A stretch of DNA of 64,000 nt, from NCBI GenBank assembly GCA_964016885.1, contig OZ024743.1:116746001-116810000 (forward strand). Reading direction: 5' to 3'. A program made the position numbers and the translations under genes. Under the pieces are notes generated by a model. The model made no database searches. It was given only the letters and a program-made list of their open reading frames with translations, and was not told where the DNA came from. The stretch is from Eledone cirrhosa. Taxonomy: Eukaryota. Positions within the stretch are counted from its first letter, which is position 1, and every line of letters begins with the position of its first letter. Below, in pieces: positions 55,079 to 64,000 of the stretch.

Positions 55079-56156
55079 ACAAGGGCTGTAACACCCCACT
55101 TGCCGACTTTGTAATGGGTAACCCCTGCTTGCAAAGGTAGACGTAAGATTTTCTAATATATTTTTAATCGTTTCCTCTATATTTCCTTCTTCCCCCCATC
55201 CCTTCCTAGTCATTCCACCCCAGATCTCCTTCTTTGTCGTCGTCCTTTTCACTTTCTCGCCCACCCTAAGGCAGCCCTTCGGTCCTTTGTAGCCTCATTA
55301 CCCCCACCCCATCCCCTATTCTATGATAGAATTGGCCGACTCCGCTTTTTATAGCAGATGTGATAGACCCCAGACACTTGCTTTCTTATCCGATTGCTGC
55401 CCCATTTCCGTGCTATCTAGATTTCTTAGTGGTATCTCTGCATTAGTTTCTCGTATATCAGTATTTTTTTTTTGGGGGGGGGGGGGATTTCGTATTAAAT
55501 TTTTGATATATATCGTACGAGCATTTATGTAGTTTGTATTAGAATTTATGTATCGTAGTGGCACTCTTATACATCGCATTGGTATTCATTTTCGGTATTC
55601 TGAATTATTATTTCGTATTAGGATCGGGACTCTGAATTATTATTTCGTAGTAGTTTCTTTAGTATTTTGGCCCCCTACCTGTTGACCTGTCACTGTAAGA
55701 TAGATTTGGACGATTACTACTAACTCATAAAATTCTTTCACTACAATCTCGTATTTAGTATTCCGTCCCACCTATTAAACTTTTCTATAGGTTAGCAGTA
55801 CCAGTGAGAGACTTGATGATTGTGGTAAGGGAATATTAACTAGAAATTGTTTTTTTTTATATTTTTAACATTCTTATTATTCTTCTATATATTTACTCCA
55901 TATTGATTTACTTATTATTTCGACTTCCTCCCCCTCCCCCTCCCTAGTATACTTTCTTGACCTCTTATCCTTAGGATCCTGCTGTAGTTGGCACTATCAA
56001 CGCACGACTGGGTTTCCTCCACTCCCTCTCCCTCTTTCTTCTACTGGCAAGTTCAGCTACCCCTTCCTTCCACAAAATGCCATGATATAATTATGTGTCT
56101 CAACAACAAACTTTTGACCAATCCTTGTGACAATCACTTTTACCATATATGGAATT

Positions 56157-56252
56157 ACCCCCTGAGAAGCTCGGCTATTCATGTATAAGGATAAAAATGT
56201 TCATTTAGTCTAGAATTAGCCGTCGAAACGGCTTGAGCTCAGCCGTCGGGGT
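56157..56252 (+). ncRNA. Type I hammerhead-like motif in the PLE 3' terminal repeat (right arm)
   Basis: ACCCC-CTGAGAA-gctCGGCTA [long loop] TAGCCGtc-GAAA-CGGCT tgagctc AGCCG-TC-GGGGT; GUC triplet; core has C3/A8. Confidence 0.65.
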
Positions 56253-56279
56253 CCTACTCGTTCCTTATATATACATATG

Positions 56280-56530
56280 AAGTCCAACGTCTTTCTTAAG
56301 ACAGAAGACTCATTTGGTCGGTGCTTGTCCCGGTTTCATGGCGTTAAGCGACTGAGAGTACACGACTACTTCGTGGACTACCCGCAGCTATTCCTGGTAC
56401 TCATGTTCAGCTGAGTATACAGGAGCAACGTGAAATAAAGTGTCTTGCTCAAGAACACATGTAACTCAGGAATCGAACTCACGGCGTTATGATCGTAAGT
56501 GCAATAACCTTTCCACTAGGCCACGTGCTT
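56280..56530 (-). mobile_element. tRNA-derived SINE family C
   Basis: Minus strand A box tggcctagtgg, B box gttcgattcc, then gtgttcttgagcaagacactt and ctcagctgaacatgagtacc. Confidence 0.8.
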
Positions 56531-56535
56531 CCACG

Positions 56536-56589
<54 letters not shown>

Positions 56590-56657
56590 TGCATACATAC
56601 ATACATACATACATACATACATACATACATACATACATACATACATACATACATACA

Positions 56658-56690
<33 letters not shown>
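56590..56690. repeat. (TACA)n microsatellite
   Basis: Direct reading. Confidence 0.95.
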
Positions 56691-56692
<2 letters not shown>

Positions 56693-57269
56693 GTATGAAA
56701 TATAATTAAAATCAGAATTAATTTTTCGTTTTCCTGCATTTATTTTACCATTCAACCATTCTCAACTTTCTAAGCCCCCAAACTTTACTGTATTTTATTA
56801 GATTTAAATGAATGGTTTGTTATTAATAAACGAACTTTATTGCTGTGAGTGGTGAAATTATAATATATGAATAAATAACAGCAATAAATAGATAAAAAAT
56901 TTAATAGAGTATTTATTTTTAAATATACATTTCCCATCTTGTTTTCTTTTCTCTAGGATTTATTCTTTTTTTCCTGCAGAACTCTATTATCATGAGAAAA
57001 TATTTACATGAAAAATGCATATATATAATAATATTTGTTGTTTAAAACAATTAAGGAGAGGGGTTGGTGGAGTGTTGTGTTAATTAGGGTGGAAAGTTAA
57101 TTGAAGTTGAGAGCGTTGTACTGATAGGGGAATAACACATAAAAAATAATAATGTATAATTATATTGGAAATACATTTTGACATAATAGAAAATAATAGT
57201 TATTAAATAGTTTTAAATAGTTGGCAAAACAATAGAAATCACAGCAAATCATATATTGGAGATAACAAT

Positions 57270-57460
57270 AATTTCTAATTTTGGCATAAGACCAGAAATT
57301 TATGGAAGGGGGAAGATCATTAGATAGACCACATTACTGCCATGGTATTTCAACGACTTCGAAAGGATGAAATGCAAATTTGAAACTGAGAAGGAAAAAT
57401 GCCGGAAGAATTCCTGCTAGGCATCTGTCTGATGCTCTAATCATTCTACCAATTCACCAC
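57270..57460 (-). mobile_element. SINE family A, degenerate
   Basis: atttctaattttggcataagaccag...gaaaggatgaaatgc...taccaattcaccac. Confidence 0.55.
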
Positions 57461-57679
57461 GCTAAATCATTGAGGAAAACAGCAACAGCAACACCGGCAA
57501 AGGAAACGAACACAATAGAACCTCCATTAACGTCAATGACAACAGCAACAACTACAACAATAACAACAAAAACTACGATAATATCAAACACAACAATAGC
57601 AGCAACAACATCAACGGTAATAGGTTCAACAACAATTGTACCTTCGCAGCAATAACTGTAATTACTGTGGAGTATTTCC

Positions 57680-58910
57680 ATATGGACATCACAAGGAGAG
57701 AGGAATGTTTGCCTCAGGCAGCAAAACAAGTAACTATGTATAAAATATGGGCGACCATAAGCGTTCCGACGGAGGTGTTTCTGGTGAATTCTTGCATGCA
57801 TTGTCCTAGAAGGAAACGAAATGTACCTGGCGGTAGAGTGGACCCGGAAGGAGAACTGGTCTGGGTTCTCTCTGGAGATACGTTGCAGATCACTAGAGAA
57901 GATAGATAAGATCCTAGATCTAATAAACCTTCCTGTTGGCGTGGAGCTATGCGTCATTTTGAGGGCAACGAACCTGCTCTCATCTTTGCGGGATAACTTG
58001 ACATTCAAGAGCTTTTCCCTTCAACAGAAGACGGGGAAACCACAGGATCACCTTGCTGCCAGGACCTCAACAGCGATAACATCATCAACAATTGTTGCAC
58101 CACCAATAGCAACAACAAAACCAACAAGACTACCTGCAATAACAGACTCCAACAAAACCACCCATGGGTCCGCCTAGAAAGATATCTCTAAATAAAAAGG
58201 CACACATAGACAACTCCTCAAACACACTCGTACTACCATCCGATACAGATTCCACAGACACCGAGATCTCCTAAACTTAAAGTGAAGTTGAGTGGTATCC
58301 CCAAAACCGAAACGCAACTCATAAACATCTGGCATCACACTAACACATACAGTAAATACATACACATCTTCAACAACACCAACACCACATTCGCCAACAC
58401 TCACAAGGCTACCACCTGGACCACAACCAATCAATCGAAAGCACGCACAGCCACAACCAAATAAACAGACACGAAATGTCGTTCTATTGAGAAGGCCCAA
58501 CTATGAACCGATGACCCACTCAGCACGAAGTAAAGCAATTGAGAGAGTGGGGGATATATTTTCCACCATCAACTCCAAAGTACCACAGACACTAATGATG
58601 GTGCAAACAAGCTTTTAAAAGAGTTCCCAAAAGAGACCCCACAAAATAAGAAGATTGAACCAACCAATTTCCAACACCATTCGGAGGGTAAGTAGACCTT
58701 TTTCTGTTCAATAAACTTTCACCAACAAACTTGGCAATTATAAGACAAGTATCTATAATTGTAACTGGTCTGAGCTCACTTTAGAAGCAAGGTTGCTCGC
58801 TCAACAAGCTGAGGTCACTAGCCACGGATATGACTGTCGTCAGCGAGACCAGATTTACCGTCACGTGCGCCCTAATCCCAATTTATGACGACTATGAGTT
58901 CTTTGCATCT
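57680..58910 (+). mobile_element. Degenerate 5' part of an APE-type LINE (L1/Tx1-like): ORF1 relic and start of the endonuclease
   Basis: Hand translation: knuckle-like CSHLCGIT*H near 57975; SIIVTGLSSL*KQG..LNKLRSLATDMTVVSETR at ~58752-58853. Confidence 0.45.
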
Positions 58911-59084
58911 CTTAGTTTTCAAATGACTATTTGTTGGAGTAAACAGAATAAGACTAGAAAATAAAGGAGACACAGGAAAAGACAACAACTAGTCATTGTG
59001 GAAGTAAAAGATAGGGTGACGAAAGAGCAGTGACAAAATATCCATTAACTAATAATTATAAAACTGAAGAGAACGTCAAATATT

Positions 59085-59272
59085 TGTTTCTACTTTTGGC
59101 ACAATGCCAGCAATTATTACAGTGCATTACTGGTACTTTATTTTATAGACCCTGTAAGGATAAAAGGCAAAGTTAACCTCGGTTGGATTTGAACTCAGAC
59201 TGTAAAGGGGTGTAACTATATGCTGCAAAGTATGGTGTCCGACCCTCTACCGATACTGACAATCCACCGCCC
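59085..59272 (-). mobile_element. SINE family A
   Basis: tgtttctacttttggcacaa...ctggtactttattttat...ggatttgaactcag...ctaccgatactgacaatccaccgcc. Confidence 0.9.
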
Positions 59273-59394
59273 TGGGGTAATCGCTGGCCTTGTGCCAAAG
59301 GATAACGTCAAATAATCCGTGTTTTTATTGAAAAATTAGCCAAATCACCATCCCCAATATAACAATATATATATTCTTTTTTTATTTGTTTCTG

Positions 59395-59580
59395 TTACTT
59401 GTTTCAGTCATTAGACTTCGGCCAAGCCCAGGTAATTCACATATTTAGACCGGGAATATCGATCCCAGCAGATTTTTCTTTACAAGTATGATACTTATTC
59501 CATTCATCTCCTTGTTGTCAAACCGCTATGTTTCGAGACTTAAATTGGGACAGAAATGTAAACACAGAGAAGGAAACACA
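59395..59580 (-). mobile_element. Probable SINE family B 3' part, followed by a long (CA)n tract
   Basis: ttacttgtttcagtcattagac..ggcca, atcgatcccag, tacttattc; family assignment is from recalled octopus repeats. Confidence 0.45.
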
Positions 59581-59607
59581 CACACACAAACACGCACACA
59601 CACACAC

Positions 59608-59689
<82 letters not shown>

Positions 59690-59717
59690 GCACACATACA
59701 CACACGCGCACACACAT

Positions 59718-59799
<82 letters not shown>

Positions 59800-61246
59800 A
59801 CGCATACACACATATATATAATGCCTGTGACTATGATTAGGTTTTTTATATATAAAATATATGGACAGTTTCCGTTAAAGAGACTATAACCATCTCATAA
59901 ATACTATCAAAAGCTTTCACGTTTCAGCCATTTTAATTTCAAATGTGTTGTCTTTGTCGACGGCTTTTAATCTCTGTTCATCCATATTTATTTGCATTAC
60001 ACTTCTATGTCTCATTTCATGGTTCTACAGACTAGCCAGTATTTACATGTCATTAGTTCAGTTGAACATAACTTCCGTATCAAAGGACATTTCTGCGACA
60101 ACTACTTAGGGCTACACAAATATAGGTTAAGACTTGTCTGTATTAAGTTCGTAAGATAATAAATTGTAATTTGTTTCAATCGAATTCTACTATTAAATAT
60201 TGCACCAAAATAGATATACGGAATTTTACTTTTAGTTTTCGCGTAGCATATTTATTTATTTCCATTTAATCCATTTAAGTGAAGTGGCGTTTACATAACC
60301 TCGTACCTCTTACGATACCACTGTCTGAACTGCACAGCTTTGAGGCCCCAACAACACCGCATGTAGTTGAATCCTGTAGTGGTATTTGGAGAAATATATC
60401 ACTTCATACTTAGATACGCCGAGCTCTCGAATGGATAGTTCCGGCGTTTTTATATATATTTCCCATGGGCCAACATGAAGGTTTTCATGAGATTCGTAAA
60501 ATAATAAATTCTACCTTGTATCAGCAGTTTTCTTATATTAACTGTTAAATAAAAATTGCTACATGGTAATTTAATTTTAAATGTGGTTTGTCATTTTGTA
60601 TTATTTGCTTCTTTCGACTTTTAAAATGCGTTTCGTTTCCCTTTTTTTTAAAATGACTTGAGCATTTTAAACGGGATGACTTGAGCATTTTAAACCTGGT
60701 GGAGTCCATCCTTCTCCGGGTGTAAATACAGCTAGTTCCTCCTTGAGAAGAAAAGAGAGATAGATCTTCGGTCATAAAGTTTCAGTGAAACAACATGCCG
60801 TCCACTCCAGGAAACGAACTCACAATCTGAATACTCTCACACATAAGACACACGAAAATAACCTTCAAGCTGCAATACATTTCAAACAAACTGACCATGC
60901 TGCAATATATTCTTGTCTTGAGCAAATTTCTTGAAAATCTTCAATGAAAAAGTTTTCACAATATTGACACAGATCAACATGATGTTTTGTCCTGCCCAAG
61001 GCATACATTAATGCATAGGTTATTCTCTGCTAAGCTAGCAAATCAACACCTACAGCTTCACCATTTACTGTTCGCAAATATTCAAACTTGGTGACACCTA
61101 GAATACGCTATAATTATAAACGAAAACGAAATGTTTCGTTTTCGTCTGTTATTACAGAATAAATTTATTGGGCTGACAGAATAAATTTCTATTTTTTCCA
61201 TTGAAATATTCTTTCGTTGAATACATAATGATATCGTAATCCTATG

Positions 61247-61285
<39 letters not shown>

Positions 61286-61293
61286 TGTGTGTG

Positions 61294-61333
<40 letters not shown>

Positions 61334-61824
61334 AAAAGTCAACAAGGAAAAACAACACAGGATAATTAAAAAAATATGCAGAGATGATGTATAATAGTTT
61401 AACGCTTGGCATAGTCGAAAAATATTCTTAACATTTCTAATATTGGTCCTTCATCGAAAGATAGAGATGAGAGATATAAAAAAGAAACACAAAGTTATAA
61501 GAGAGTAAGAAAAGAAATAGAAGAAAAACCACTTCTTACAGGATGAAAGCACGCATGCGCTTAGTTAATATGAGATTAGAATACGTGTTTAAAATTTCAT
61601 AGAATTTAAAAGCTTCAAACATTAAATGAATAAGCACTCAATAGTGATGGGTAGAATGTAGAAATTTATTTTCAAAGTATAGAATTGAAAGTGTCTTCGA
61701 AGTCTCAGTATAGTCGCTTCATCTAGCTACGTTTTGCGGAGGTAGTGAATGACTTATGTAGTCTTTTGTATGTCAACGTAGTGGTAAGACGGTTAGAGAA
61801 TATTTATTTGCGGTTGGATTTATA

Positions 61825-61864
<40 letters not shown>

Positions 61865-61942
61865 TTAAGTATTTCCGTAGAAATCGTAAAGGAAAGAAGA
61901 GTGCTCTATGTATTTTACAGAACTATTTAATTACATAATAAA

Positions 61943-62093
61943 CAACACGATATAGTTATTTCTTTACCGAAGGGTTCGAGAAACTAGATGATGTTTAGAG
62001 AAAGATCTAGAATTGTTGGTCAGACTAAACGCTTCTGTAAGAATCATCTGGTTTCTCGAAACCATCGGTAATGAAATAATTATATTGTGTTGT
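61943..62093. repeat. Fold-back element between (TA)n tracts; arms carry the 3' half of an HHR
   Basis: ttatttctttaccgaagggttcgagaaactagatgat / atcatctggtttctcGAAACCATCGGTAatgaaataa. Confidence 0.8.
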
Positions 62094-62103
62094 AATTAAA
62101 TAG

Positions 62104-62153
<50 letters not shown>

Positions 62154-62637
62154 ACATATTCCTACTATGATCGTGTAATTTTGCCTCCTGTGTTTTGTCT
62201 TGTTTCATTTATTAACTATACTACCAGAAAAACCACCCTCGGGTGGTTTTCTGCTAGCATGTGTAGTGTGTATATTGATATTATACACAAATATATAAGC
62301 ATGTAAATATGATACATCAAATAAAATCGTAATTGACAATATACACAGAAATTGAACAAAGCCTATGTTACACTGTCCTCTGTATTCAGTAACCTATGAT
62401 ATATAAAAAAAGACGACATTATATATAAACTGCATTATGAGAAAATTAGCGACGGAAATATATGCGATTATAAGTGTTATAATATAAGGGCCGCCAACAG
62501 GAAGTGTTGACATTTGATAATTTTAAAGAAGTGTATTTTAAAGATTAAAAATATTTAATATATTTAAAATATATTTAATCAACAGCCACGAAATTTAACA
62601 CATAAATTATGTAATATTCATTCATTATTTATTCAAA

Positions 62638-62828
62638 GGGCGGTGGATTGGCAGTATCGGTAGAGGGTCGGACGCCATGCTTTGATGCATAGAGTTACGG
62701 CCTTGCCATTCTGAGTTCAAATCCCACCGAGGTTAACTTTGCCTTTCATCCTTACGGGGTCGATAAAATAAAGTACCAGTAATGCACGGGGTATTTGCTG
62801 GCCTTGTGCCAAAAAGTAGAAACAATTA
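62638..62828 (+). mobile_element. SINE family A, best-preserved copy
   Basis: A box tggcagtatcgg, B box gttcaaatcc, core aactttgcctttcatccttacggggtcgataaaataaagtaccag, tail gctggccttgtgccaaaaagtagaaacaatta. Confidence 0.92.
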
Positions 62829-62974
62829 ATTATTCAAAGTAATCCAACTTACTTTACAAACGGGGTAAAACAATATATTCTGGACGCAATCCCGCAGACC
62901 TTCCTTTATTATACTTAATGTATATTATACTTAATGTATATATATATATATATATATATATAAATATATATATA

Positions 62975-63009
<35 letters not shown>

Positions 63010-63013
<4 letters not shown>

Positions 63014-64000
63014 TAAAATAACAGATTAAAGTTTAAGCAAAGAATCGCTGCTTTCACCCTTAACGGGATCTTCTGAAACTAACAAAGTCAATCTGTAAAC
63101 GCAGAAGTGGATATTTCAAAAAACGTTGCAACCGGAGGAAGACAGGAAGACGATACTTTGGTTCGTGGAAACGTTCGCTGGCAAAGAACGGGAAAAAACG
63201 AATAAGATACGTCATTAATAGGAGCGGTGAAAAGCAATTACGCGCAAAGACAGAACCACGTTTATGGTATAAAAGAGGTCGTAGACTAAAGTTCTCTTAG
63301 GTGGTTCATAGAGACGTTCTCTGGCAATGAACGAAAAAAACGAAGATAATAAGTCATATGTGGAGCGTGGAGAACAATAGCACGCAAAGACAAAACCACG
63401 TAAATGGTATAGCAGAAGTCGTAGACTAAAATTCTAACTAGGAGATCGAATGAATCTCCGCTACAGAGTTAAGAACAAAGTAAATAAATACAAACAGAAG
63501 TAATAGAAATAAATAAATACATACACGCAAACAAATACGTACATACACAAGCATACACAAAACACTTACCATAGGTATACAAAACCACGCACATATAAAT
63601 ATGTGTGTGTGTGTATGCGTGTATACAAATAAATAAATAAATAATTATATAAACGTATATAAATAAATAAATACGTATATAACAAGCGCACACAAATACC
63701 TACATGTAAATACACGAATGTTTGGAGACGTAAGTCAACCAAAACATGAAGTACACATATACACACACCCTGGGTAATAAATACTTACCTATTAATGACG
63801 TATTATATTCGTTTTTTCCCGTTTTTTGCCAGCGAACGTTTCCACGAACCAAAGTATCGTCTTCCTGTCTTCCTCCGGTTGCAACGTTTTTTGAAATATC
63901 CAGTTCTGCGTTTACAGATTGACTTTGTTAGTTTCAGAAGATCCCGTTAAGGTGAAAGCAGCGATTCTTTGCTTAAACTTTAATCTGTTATTTTAATAAA
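63010..64000. mobile_element. PLE 3' UTR as an inverted pair: minus copy 63010-63770 and plus copy of the terminal ~210 bp at 63788-64000
   Basis: Both match 26170-26930; left end at (TA)n. Confidence 0.88.

Larger units (their letters stand above)
50960..56265. mobile_element. Penelope-like element with head-to-head inverted structure: long copy (minus, 50960-54240) and 5'-truncated copy (plus, 54242-56262)
   Basis: Right arm is the diverged reverse complement of ~51047-53095; both outer ends lie at TA-repeat sequence. Confidence 0.93.

Noticed and set aside
50960-56265. Large palindrome as an amplification or sequencing fold-back artefact
   Set aside because: Arms carry many independent substitutions and indels; an artefact remains possible only for near-identical cases such as 45780-47263 and the 21-23 kb tandem
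62225-62257. Hairpin followed by T run and CTAG (terminator-like or Helitron 3' end)
   Set aside because: Bacterial terminators are irrelevant in this context and no linked Helitron body was found

Overview
AT-rich animal genomic DNA, dense in (TA)n/(CA)n microsatellites, with one 200-N scaffold gap. The SINE sequences resemble those I recall from octopus (inference, not verified). No host protein-coding gene can be supported; most short ORFs in the track are microsatellite translations. Recognisable content is transposable elements: R4/Dong-type RLE LINEs (one near full length), Penelope-like elements (PLEs, RT + GIY-YIG, one as a 5.3-kb head-to-head palindrome), RTE and L1/Tx1-like relics, a Helitron helicase relic, an internally deleted Tc1/mariner element and three tRNA-derived SINE families. 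The main unexplained signal is a swarm of more than 15 mostly unrelated short non-coding elements. Most sit between (TA)n tracts and show partial-tandem and/or fold-back architecture, and many carry a minimal type I hammerhead ribozyme (HHR) that I could fold by hand. The cleanest case is a 468-bp tandem unit with three intact HHRs (45780-47263). These look like non-autonomous retrozyme-type elements mobilised by a PLE into (TA)n. All folds and alignments were done by eye; repeat boundaries are approximate.
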